From Catajapyx aquilonaris (Eukaryota), in NCBI GenBank assembly GCA_000934665.2, contig KZ538142.1, positions 1 through 64,000 of the forward strand: a stretch of 64,000 nucleotides of DNA, in the 5' to 3' direction. Position numbers and translations under genes: made by a program. Numbering within the stretch: the stretch's first letter is position 1; each line of letters begins with the position of its first letter. Shown here piece by piece: positions 47,799-60,058 of this stretch. The notes under the pieces were generated by a model. That model was not told where the DNA came from and made no database searches. It saw only the letters and a program-made list of their open reading frames with translations.

Positions 47799-49816
47799 TT
47801 AGTTATTTCATTCATTTATAATACTTGTACATCCATTATATATGTCTTCATTTTTGCATTTATTTATGTATGTATTTAAACTGAGTGTATTTGTGTCGGA
47901 TCTCTCAAAGGTAATGGGAGAAAAATTATGGGAAAAAACGGTTTGAAATTTCACCGCCGAATTATGGCACGAAAAAAAAAATATCCCCATCAGAAATTTG
48001 TCCATGCAAATAGCATGAGTGTAAATGCTGTGTCACCGAAGCGGGACGGACCACGCACACACACACACACAAAATACGAGGCATCGCAATACACCTGCAG
48101 GGTGATCCCCAAACTAGGTCCAGGCAGCGGCTCTTTAAGCCCATTAAAAAACTGTGACAAAACTAACCGAGCCTATCCAATGGGCCAGCATGCCATCATG
48201 TGAAATGGATCGGCACACGTATTAATTTTGTGGATCGTATTTCTGTCAAACTCTGGGGCGCATATGAGCAGTAATTGTGCTTTCCACAATAGGTTCATTA
48301 GCTCGTTATGCAATCACTCCGTATACCGAGAGGGGGTGGGTTTTTTTTTTTAAAAAAAAAAAAAAAGCTGGTTGGTGGGAAGGAGAGAAAAATCTGCTCA
48401 AAAGTATACATGCCTGGAAAAGTAGCATGTACCGCTTATTACAATTAAAATTAATGCAGATATGCTTGATGTCCTACATACTTGTGCAGTTGTTAGATTT
48501 TTTTACTTACATTGTTGTGTTAGTACTTCATTCGCTCATAAAACAAAATCATGCAAATATAAAAGGCAAAGTTTGTTTGTTTGTTTGCTTGTTTGTCCAT
48601 GACAATGTTTGTTTGTCTCATTTCATACCAATTTTATATCCATTTCATACCATCAACAAGTATTTATCTAACTAAGGCAAAGTTCGTTTGTCTGTTTGTC
48701 CATTTTCTACCAATTTAATATCAATTTCGTACACATTTTATACCCTTGCGAAACACTGTGGTTCTTCTCTAGTGTTACATATAGCGGGGAAATTTTGCTT
48801 CTTTGTTTCTTTGTTTGTCCATGGCAACGTGTTACCATCAAAAAACAATGACTGATTGTTTTTTTTTATTACATTTCCATGGAAACAGGCTGTGTGATGA
48901 ACGGGCTCCGCTGCTAGTATTTTAACAAATTCAACAAAAACATCGTTCAGATATATCTGGGTTAATGTCAACATTTAACCGCAACAATGCAAAAAAAAAA
49001 AGCCCAACCGTTTTATATGTCTGCCTTTTCTGTGTAGCTGGGTTTTCCTCCAGGGAGGGGTAAGATTCCAGGTGGGCGATAAACTACTCTTAATCGTAAT
49101 TAGATGATTGCGGGGAGGATTAAGGGGGGGGGGGGAAAGAGGGGGCAGGGAAGGTTGAAATTTATGTGTCGCGTCGTTGTGCGAACGCGAGCGCAAACTT
49201 GCGGAGGCGCCCCAAATTATCCAAGGTAGTACCGCTAATCCATACCACCGGAGAGTTTCTGCAGGAGAGTAGTTTTCTCTGCAAAAAAAAAACACGCATG
49301 CACGCAAAACACGCACACGTGATACTTGGGCGCTGACCTGACTTTTTTTTTTGATGTGAGGAGAGTGCGTGTTTTGTTGCAGCGGGTCCGACGGGTCCGG
49401 TGTACAACGTTGTTTCTTGTCAATCTAACCAGTCCGGGCTGTGTTGTAGGCGGAGTGGAGATAAGGAAGGAAACAAGCCCGGGTCGTACACTTGGAGGTT
49501 CTGTACCAGGTTATAGTTGACATGGAGACAACGACATGCACAAATTGCTTTGTTCAGGGTCGGTTGTTCAAGAACTGAAGGAGACAAAATGATGCAAAAA
49601 TCAAGCGGACCAACAGGGTATCAATACTTCCCCCAAAAAATTCGCATATTTTGAAAATTGCACTAAAATGAATATATTGTACCTATTATATCTAATAATA
49701 ACAGCTAATTTTGAATTCGAAAATAACGCATCAAGAATTTCCCATGTCAAACATGTTGCCATGATAACAAACCCTGGACAAACAGACAAACTTTGGCTAT
49801 TATATTAATAGAGATT

Positions 49817-49930
49817 GGGTGGAATTTTCGTCCCACTGCTATAGTTACTGCTAACTTAGCAGCACCATTTCCCACTGGTACTGGTAATAACTTAGCAGTA
49901 ACTATAGCAGTGAGACAAAAAATTCCACTC
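49817..49930. mobile_element. Palindromic MITE family A, copy 2
   Basis: GGGTGGAATTTTCGTCCCACTGCTATAGTTACTGCTAA ... TTAGCAGTAACTATAGCAGTGAGACAAAAAATTCCACTC. Confidence 0.8.
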
Positions 49931-50399
49931 ATTGTTGCACAGTAAAAAAAAAAAATCATGTCAAATCTATAACAGTGTATTTCCCCATCGATTTTATCAC
50001 CGTCTCATTTTAATGGCGCATCAGACACGTATTAGTGACATTTTGGACCCAGCCAGTTACTAATATTAGCTAACCAGTCCCGGATCGAAAAAAAAGTAAA
50101 AGAAAAACTAATAATAAACAGCATGAAAACAAGCGCTGAATTTCCCCGTCGATTCGAAATGGCAAATTATGACCCGGCAATCACAGGGGGCGGATTTTGA
50201 ATTATTTATCAAATGGAGGGGTGGGGAGAGGGGGAATGTTTTGAGTGTAGAATATTATTGTAATGCGGCGTGTAAACGAAATTGCAGCGTTGTAATTATG
50301 TCGGTGCGCCTATCGAATTTGCAGCTATATCTCTCGCCCAGTTCTGGGACAAAATAACGTAAAATCTGCACCAATTAAACGACACGTAGGCAGACAAGG

Positions 50400-50750
50400 T
50401 TGTAGCTAAATTATATTACCAGATAATGTTACAGCTAATACCGTAGCTAATTTTACAGCTAAAAATTAGTAGCAACTGTTGCTTAAAAAACACCTCATGG
50501 TTTAGCTGAAATTAGCAACTAATGTTGCAGCTAATGTCGTAGCTAATGTTACAGCTAATGTCGTAGCTAGCTCACATTAGTAGCTGTGTTATGACTTATG
50601 TAGTAGCTAATATTATAGTCAATGTTGTAGCTAATCGACGCCTAAGAATGATATTGTCGTATGTCCAATGGAAGTCCATTGGACATGCGACAATATAATT
50701 CTTAGGCGTCGTAATGCTATAGCTGAAATTAGCAACCAATGTGGCAGCTG
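50400..50750. repeat. Degenerate 12-bp-period repeat (GCTAATGTCGTA/GCTAATGTTACA)
   Basis: Tandem AGCTAAT-containing units. Confidence 0.6.
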
Positions 50751-53700
50751 TGTGAGTAAGATAGTAACATGAATTCCTGCTGCTAACCCGATACAAATGC
50801 AATAAATGACTCGTGTGAATCCATCCCGTCTTGAATGATTGAGTCGTATGTCGGTGGGGGTGTTGTAACGCAATGAATTGCGAATGTGTCCCACAGCATA
50901 TTGGCGGAATGGGGCCACCACCAAGGGCGCTATACAGATATGTATGCTGGGCCCCCCTCCCAGCATTTCACGGGTTAGAACCGCATTCGGACGGAAGTGA
51001 TGTTTCCTATGCCAAAACTTTCATTTTGTTTTTCTCTTCTCGACACCTCCCCTTGCCCTGTATAGAATGACTTTATTTCTCAATTTCGACGCAAGTCTCC
51101 TTCCAGTCAGACAATCCTATTTTTCCTTGGATTTTTACTACTCCTAAACTCTGGAGAGAAATGCGATGAACCATGTAATAAACGGTAGGGACATGACTTG
51201 CTTGCAGACCATAAGAAGTGCGACAGTCGGATGAAATGGGTGAGACAGAAGAGATGGAAAAGGGGGAGGGGATTACAATTATTCAATGCTCCTGATCTGA
51301 AAATGTTTTTTACACCCCCTGTGCGCACGTGTTTTTTTCTTTACACCTCCTCAATAAATAGGAACGAGCGCTCGTCTGAATCCTGATGAAAAACAACTGG
51401 TATGTAGGGAACAAAATGTGCAACGTTTAGAAGGCGACTCGGTTAAAGAGCACTTATCGCAGGACAATGTTGGACATCTATTGGCTGGCTCGCAACAAAC
51501 AATATCTCTGAAGCCTTTCACTGAAGGGTCACCCAATTACAACTGATGGCGCCTAGAGGATTTTAAAAGAAAGGAAAAAGGAGGCTGAACAAATAGAGAG
51601 CAAAAAAGAGGCGATCTCTGCACAAAACTTGCAGGTAGACCGTTCGGCCAACGATTGAAGAATTACAGGAGTCTGGCAGCGTGGAATATCGAGAGTCGAT
51701 AATTACATTCGCTCCACTGATGAATGGAGACGGAAGTTTTCCGACTGGAAGAGGAGGGTTGGAGGGGAGGGGGGGGGNNNGGGGGTGCTTCCAGTCGTTA
51801 TAAGATTCAATTTGTAAGGCAAATATCCTTACCTGTGAAAGGATTACCCCTGGAGTCAGTAGAAAAAGATGAGGAAAATGGAGAGAGAAAGAGAGTTACC
51901 AGTGGACCGAGTGCCGCTCACTACATTTTTTTTTCCTTCTCCTCAGCAAAAAGAGAAGCCCTTTTTTGCATCATTGGATCAGAGCCGGAACCAACCCTGT
52001 TTCCACACTGTCAATATTTACCAGGGATGTGAGCACTCTTTCAAAGTTAATAACGCTTTAGTTATCTAACCCGGCTCTGTGCTTGGCTTTGGAAGAGCGC
52101 AGGTTGTTTGCATAAAGTATGTGCAGTCCGGGAGGATTGAACCCATCGAACAAAAGCTGTACAGGTACGCACAATAATGGAGCAGTTACCTCAGCATTCT
52201 GTTAATTAGCCAGGATGCCTCGGAAATTTAATGGCTTGGGTCTGTGCCTCTGTTTGTACGCGGTGAATCATCAGTAGCGTGCAAAGAGGGAGGATGCGCC
52301 ATCTATTAAAGAGATTTCGTAAGCTTCGTCAAAAAAAAACTCAAAAAATCAAAATTCTGGGCATTAGACTCAAAAAGGTGCGGTTTTCGCCATTTTTCTC
52401 AATCAGCGGCACGTACCACATAGGTGTGCCAAGTTTCAGCTCTCTCAGAGGTGTGGAAGTGGGTGAGGTAGCCGAGACATACAAACAAACACAGAAACTT
52501 TCTGATTTATGTAGACAGTATAAGATGTACGCTGTATAGTACTAGCCTTGTAATTCTCTGAACCAGCGCAATTTCGTATCAAAGTGTGCCCCATATGTTA
52601 TATAAAATTGCTTCTCGTAAACTAATTCAATGATACTTAATGGCCCTTATCACCCTCCCCCAAGTGTCACCCTTTTTTTTATTCTACGCCTATACACACG
52701 CCCCCATTGATTGTGGAGCAAAAGGTGTATTTCTGAGAAGTCGTAAGTATTTTTATCCGCCCGGTAATAAACTGAGAAGTTGGCATGAAACACCTTCGTG
52801 CCTCTTTCTTTTCTTTCTCTCNNNNNNNNNNNNNNNCCCCCCCCCCCCCCCAACAGAGATCAAAAACAACGCGAATCAGAAAAAAAATTCCCATTAAAAT
52901 AAGTGTTGCATGTCGACAGGCCTTTCACGGTAGGCCTATTGCGGCATATAGGCCTCACAGTAGTGACTTCCTCATATTTTTTGTTGCCTCTCGGTTATTT
53001 CACATCGACATAAAAAAAACTGACTGCAGGTGAGCACGTCACATGAAGCAATCTATCAACGCCAGTCGAGGTCGAGAAGAGAGAGAGAGAATATAATGCA
53101 TATAATATATAATATTGCGCCAAAAATCCGCGACACACATCGATGGGGTTACAAACCGAGAGGCACACTGCTTTAACACGCGATCAAAATCAAATTCCTG
53201 CATAAACGTCAGCGACAGCCAGGTTAGCACACTTTATGGTTTATGCCCGGGTGATGACACACAAGTCCCTCGTAATTTGGTTTGACGCCGGAGCCAAACC
53301 GTGTTCGCCATCAGCCAATAAAACCCTCCGGATTTTTGGGGGTCATCAACTGGGTCACACGCAAGTCCATATTCGACTTGGCTTATTCTTACAAACTTGG
53401 CAACACTGTTCACGTAAATGTCTCAGATAGATGGCGCACTACTGATGACTCACCGCGGACAAACCGAGTCACAGCTGGAACGTGTAAGCGACTCTTTCGT
53501 ACAATAATTTTAAAGTGGGGATGAATATACAGTACTAAGTCGACTTCTTCATCCAGGGGCCAGAAGCTTCTTGCAGAATTTAGAGGCTTCCTTTTTTTCT
53601 ATCTATCTCAGGTCTCCCCCCCCCCCCAGACAGACAGACCGCACCTTGCATTAACGTGAATATATATATAGAAAGAAGAAGAAGAAGTGCTCTTCACGCC

Positions 53701-54339
53701 ACTACACTTCAAAACGTTCGCTCCATGTAAAATGGAGGTGAGGATTTCCCCTTTGTAGAATCCTGATTGCTTCTGCTCCCCTTTGCCTTTCCGTCTGGGC
53801 CCTATGTTGTATTTAAACGCCAAAAAAGAAGAGCTTGTTCAGTGGTGGGGAAGATGCCAGACGCATGCTAGCTTCTGCCTACGACATATTTAACAGGACG
53901 AAGAGTTGACTCAAGATTCGCTTTTGGCGAAAAATGAGTCTTCAGAAAAGGGGGAGGTCCCTCGCAATTAATGGTTGGATATGTATGAAGCTTCGAGTTA
54001 CTCAGCCATTAGCGGAGCTGCAATTACAAAGGCGGGTTGTCAAAGAAGACCGAATTACTGGAGCTTGATATGTCTGACACCTCGTTAGGGATGGACAAAA
54101 ATTATGGGTGAAATACTGTACTTGAAAGCGTGTGACGACGGATGTAATTTGCCGCAATGATATGTTCAGTGCCCCTATTTCTGCTCGGTTCATCCAATAG
54201 GAAATGTAAGTCAAAATTTAAATTAATTTAAAGTTGACAACACGAGTCGAAACAGGATTTCCGCAAATTTGTTAAATGTTACTGTCGCATGTAACCTGAC
54301 AAACATGGGTATCCAAAACAATTTTGTCTAGAATATTAA

Positions 54340-54391
54340 CCCCTTGAGCCCAAGCCGCCTAGAATCTAGGCTCTGAAAACTGCTCAACGGG
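54340..54391. mobile_element. Miniature piggyBac-like element (52 bp)
   Basis: TTAA|CCCCTTGAGC ... GCTCAACGGG|TTAA; TIR 9/10 with TTAA on both sides. Confidence 0.5.
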
Positions 54392-57300
54392 TTAACAACA
54401 ATAATTGACGGATGTTTGCGGTACAAAATTAATGGTCTCTTTGTAGTTCACATTGCCAGCAATGATTGCAGTAATGATTTCACACTCAGTAAAATGTGTG
54501 CCCAAGTATGTTATTGCCGGAACAATTCAGTCAGGTTCTGAAATGAAATGTATTTAAAAGATAAACACATTGCCAGTCACTATTTTGAGGACAATAATAA
54601 TTGGACACATGTTTCAGGTAGTTTAAAAAATCAACTTAATATAATATTATCAACTAATTCTTATTGGAAAGTGACTGCTTCCAAACCAGCAGCTTCCTGC
54701 CACCATATCTCCCGATATCTCCAATGTGGTAAATTTAATTATTATAATAATAACAAATGATTTAATTATAAACCATAATGGAATATTTAATTGGAACTCA
54801 CTGCACTGACACATAATCCGAATAATCCGACGGATTGGTAGCCATGAACCTGACAACCACAATTATTCGGTTTTGGAAAAGTATGTTCCTATAACACTGC
54901 TTTAATCATAGAGCAAAATTGACGTCACAATCGGGCAACAATGTAACCAACAATATTGTGATCCATAAACCGATCCTAAACCGAGAAAAAAATAATTATT
55001 AAATTTAAAAAAAAGTCAGCAGCGATGATGCGATGAGGTGATAACTGTTCAGTGTGTGCAGGTCACCGAAGAGAAAACCGTTGCCCAGTAATGGTTTACC
55101 AGATATCGACCAAAAAAAGGTCCGGGGCACTGATTCATATCGGGTCAAGTGTGCAACAAATCAATTATGTCAATTCCATCAACCACAATAACATGGACGC
55201 GAGCACCGACTGACGTGTATTGATGTGCACAATGAAACAAAATCACACCCTGTTTGATGGGTAGGGGTTGAGAGAGAGACACATACACACATTTAATCAC
55301 AAACAAAACGTTTTTTTTTTTTGGCAAGGATAAGCTTGTAACACGCATGTAGTTCACGTAGCCTCTCATAGATGGCGCATTCCCCCTCTCTGTACACTCC
55401 TGCCACTCAGGGTCATGAGAGATAGAGGTACTACCAGTTCGGACAAACATCGGAAGGAAAGACTCGAGTCAATTAATAGGAAGATGACGGTGGGAGTAAT
55501 TTAAGCTGTCGAAAAATTATACCTGCTCAATTAACGAGCAGAAAACACTGTTAGGTGACAGGAAAAGAGTTGCTGTCAATTCGGCCTAGGATCAAAAGTT
55601 GCGTCACTCTCTCATGTGGTGTTTACGAATAATCGCGGACAAATATGAATAGCGGTGTGTACGTTGACATCGTGTAAATATTTTTTAACAAATTCCTGGC
55701 GCTCACTTTGGATCACGCTGCATGCAAATTGGCGCCCTCGGCCCAATTTGTCGACTTGAAATGCCGGGAGGTACAGTCCCGGGCGTAGTGAAATACTAAC
55801 TACTTTTTACCTATATACTGTAAGCCATGACCCAGCCAACCGAGAGAGACAGCGAGGCCAATTGGAGGGAAAATTGCGGGTTAATTTAGGGGGGCCATCG
55901 GAGGTCATCCAACCCTCAAAAAGTCTCAGGTCACTGCCACACTAAACGAAAGGATCAGTTGATCTAATAAAGGCATACTATAATGATGTCATTAAGCTAT
56001 CAATTTGCATAAAAATGCATGAATTATGTGAAGTGTCCGTTTCTAGCATTAATTGTAATCCAGGGCTGTTATTTACACTGAACCGAGTCACGGTTGGAAT
56101 AATGACCACACGACGATCCATCACATCTAAAATAATAATTCCACTCGCGACACTTTGTTTTCCTACCGTCGCGTCGTCCTCCCTTTTCTTCAGAAGTGTC
56201 CAAGTGTGACGAAGCTTTTCTTAGAAGTCGTCAGCCGGCAAGTCATGGTCGTCAAAGCAAAGGTAAGTAACCGGTCCTCTTATTAATTATTCCCAAAGGC
56301 ACACCCCTCTGTCCTCATTTTTTTGTGTGTGTTTTGCCCACCCCTCCCGAGCTGACCCTTTTTGCCAATATTGTTGAGGCTTTGCCTGGCTGCCTAACCC
56401 TAGAGGACATTGGCATTCAAATGGCAAGAGCTGCATCGATTCGGGACCGAGTGTGTATCGAGAGACAGCAGCAGACACATAGCAACTACAGGGTGTACAC
56501 TGTATAGCATTATCTGCTGGAAGGACAGAATTTACTGGAGGTTGGAAATTGGCTCTGTGTGGAAACTTGAGGTAACATGTTAGCCGCTTCCGACTGAGTG
56601 AAACTTGCTACACTAGCCAGAGCTCTAGAATCGATTGCATTGGACCTCCCCGGCAGCATCTCATTGGAATAATCATCCACACAACGTATCCTGCAGCTCT
56701 CTCTCGCTTCTCCCTCCCAGCTTCGTTATGGTTCTATAGAAACCCCGGGGCATAATCCGGCAGTGGATATATGATTGAAGAATGACAGGCTTGTTTGTAA
56801 AGGACGAGTTAGTGTGGGGAGGGAAAGAGCCGCAAGTTTGGGAAAAGTCGTTCCGGAAGCAATAGCAAAACCCGACCCCCCCACACAAGAACTATGATGT
56901 CGACTCGAAATGTAAGTCCTGGGGTGAAAAACACGGATAGTTCGCGAAATGTGAACTTTTTCAGGACTATCATTTTCTTGGCACGGCCAAAGGGGTCGAC
57001 GCCAATGTATAGGCTAAAGGTGCCGAAAGCCACGCAACATTTTGGGGCTCTTTAATGTAATGCAGAGGAAGCAGCTTAGGAGCAATTTCTGCAAGTTAGC
57101 TGGTGAGCACATAGCCTACAGCCAACAGTCAGTCCTTTGCTGCTGAAAAGCGAAGGAACCTGTATATTCAACCCCCTCCCTTCCAGGAACGAATTCATTA
57201 TCCAGCACCGACTTGCACGGCAGATTTACCTCCATTTTCCGATATGTTAATGTCTTCACCTGTGCCTCCCGGTGGCTGTATTAACGACGTTACATCACTC

Positions 57301-58249
57301 CGTTACAAACATTCCGTTTAAACACGATAGCGTTAGTCGTTACATGATAAGTCTTTCAGCTACAAGATGGCGTCATTCCGCTCCATGATGACGTCACACG
57401 TTTCCGCCATTGAGGCCCACATGAATGACCCATTTTGCCTGTCTTTTCGGTCGCCTTTTGACGCCTTCTCTGCAAGTCGACCGACTCCTTCCTCCGATAG
57501 CCTTTGGCAGTCGGAGGGCACTTTAATGGGCTCTAAGTGAGAACAGGTGCGGTTAAGGCAAAGAGCATCGGGAGGCGATGCATCTCGCGCGCCATCTACC
57601 CTCCTCTCCCGCCCTCCAGAGCACGACTGCTTCTGACAAGCCTCTATTTGTTCCCGGGGCTGAAGAGACTTTCAAGGCGTTCTTCCAGGGTACACTCGAA
57701 GCTTGTTGAATGAACCGCCACCCGAACGAGAGGTGGGGGGGAAATGGTCCTAAGGATAGCCACAAACCTAGAGAGATAAAAAACCATTTGGAAGCCTGCA
57801 TTTGACCAAAAACGTGCTTCAAGTATCATCTCCCACACTTTGAAGGAGACTCCACGTGGGTTTGCGGGGGTATATCCAAGGGCGGCGACGGATTAATTAC
57901 CCGTAGAACCTAATTGCAGTAGAAAGCGAATACTGCCAAGGCCGGATAATGGTACCATTAAACCATTTAGGCTAAAGGGAGGGGGCATGAATCGATAATC
58001 AAAGTGTTTTGACTCCGAGAGAAGGTTAGGAGGGGAAACGACAAATTGGTTCAGAAATTTTCCGCTCACTTCGCTGTAATTGGAACCTTGTTTCTCCGAG
58101 AGACAAAGGAAAACACTGGTAATTTTCCCTGCGTTTGACCTTTAAGGAAAAGCGCTGTTTGGAGCCACTCTGTTGTTCTTCCCAGGACTCCAATATAAAT
58201 TTTTGGGAGGTGCTTTTAACCCCGGTAAAAGCATGGTCCAGTCCATGCC

Positions 58250-58336
58250 NNNNNNNNNNNNNNNNNNNNNNNNNNNNNNNNNNNNNNNNNNNNNNNNNNN
58301 NNNNNNNNNNNNNNNNNNNNNNNNNNNNNNNNNNNN
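58250..58336. other. Assembly gap (Ns); shorter N runs at about 28832 and 52822
   Basis: N characters; the short runs sit next to G or C homopolymers. Confidence 0.98.
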
Positions 58337-59927
58337 TTTTTGAGGGGAAAAATATGAAGCTTACCTATCCCGGCGTTGCTATCTGCCAACACAACACAAT
58401 GGCCTTTCTTCAACTGGCACAGCGTTCTTCATGACACAAACATGTTGGCAGATTGTCTTGGGCCCTTCCGATAAAAAAATTTCCTAGTTGTTTAAAATAA
58501 ATGTTCAGGTTGTTCCCAAGATGAGCACACTTACACCACTTTTGATGAGAAAAACTTTTGAGTCATCCAACTACATCACTCCCGAAACTCACCGCACTGA
58601 ACCCGCACTTTTTTTTTCGCACACACACAAAAACCCGCGGTTAACCCCCCGAAAAAAAGGAAACGGAGTCAGGGTGGAAATAACAGGAGGCAAAAAAAAA
58701 GAGAGAAGAAAGCTCCGGCGATTGGGTCCGGAAGCTAACAGGAATCACGTGAAAGTGGCCGGTAGTGAGATTTCCAAGCCCTTCGCTTCAGGTAATCAAC
58801 GCCGTAACTTTGGAACGGAAGACATGTGACGTGCAAATCCATCTCTCTCCTTTCCTTTTCTCTTCCTCTGCAGAGTCGGCCGTTGTTGCACCTCAGGCTC
58901 CAGCAACTGTTCAAAGAAATTAAAAAGTATGAGCATCAGGTGTCCAACAATGATAAGCACTACACTTGCGTAACTTATGCCGTACAAGAATCCTACATTT
59001 TTGGGGTATAAACTTCAAAAAGTTTGGTTGGGTATCAGTGTGCAAAGGTTCATCACTCTCAGTAGTCCGGAAGTGGGTTGGGTAGGCCAGACATACAAAG
59101 AAACTTTCTTGTTTATACTATGAGAGATGCAACATTTCGTGGCTTAACCCGACATATCAATACTGGAGTTATTGGGGTCATACAGCGGATTAAATGACAA
59201 CGGTTCATACTATTTTTAAACATCAATACTGGAAAAAAAAATTGATACCGCAAAACGATCATTTTTTTGGCATAAACTGGCCGGGGTGTACAGTACAGTA
59301 GCCGACCGTTTCCTATAATTCAATAGAGTACCCGCTCTGCTACAGTTACCATATTTGCACATGCTCCATCAGACAAATTGCACTGTCGGCCTGTCATATT
59401 GCGTCATAAAAAGTGCGTTTCATTTTGTCCAGGTCGCGCCTGATGGCCATTCCGCTGCGGCTCGCTTTACATCCGAATGCTTCCGACTCCAGTTAGACTC
59501 CATTATAGGGGACACTTGGAGTCCATTTTACTCCCGGCACGTCTTAAGCCAGTGGTCACTGCCGGCTCCAGTGTGGCCAATGCGCCTTGAGGACCACTCT
59601 TCCCTGATTATCAAAGGCCTCTTTTCCTTTACACCCTGGCAAAACGGGCCAGGTTGATTGTGACAAGCACTAGCCCCCGCTGCTTGCATTCTGCTTGCGA
59701 ATCTCCGGAGGGAGAAAACGCTGACTCCACGACAAACTTTCCAATCGGTGGTCCTTCAACCGAACTTTTCGTCAATTACTCACTTTCAGTTTGATCAGGG
59801 TATCATCAGCTGCGTGAGCATTATTCTATCAGGTTAAGCAAGAATCGAAGCTAAATATGAATCACCTTGCTACGTGTCCGAAACAATTCATTTTACAAAA
59901 ATTTCCTTCTATACCGGTATAGATGAA

Positions 59928-60058
59928 GGGTATAGAATTTTTTTCGTCCCACTGCTATAGTTAGTGTTAACCGCTGCTAACTTAGCAACTGCCAACACTG
60001 GTACTCGTACAGTACTGCCAAGTTAGCAGTAACAAGCAGTGGGACGAAAATTTCACCC
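59928..60058. mobile_element. Palindromic MITE family A, copy 3
   Basis: TTTTCGTCCCACTGCTATAG ... AGCAGTGGGACGAAAATTTCACCC. Confidence 0.75.
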
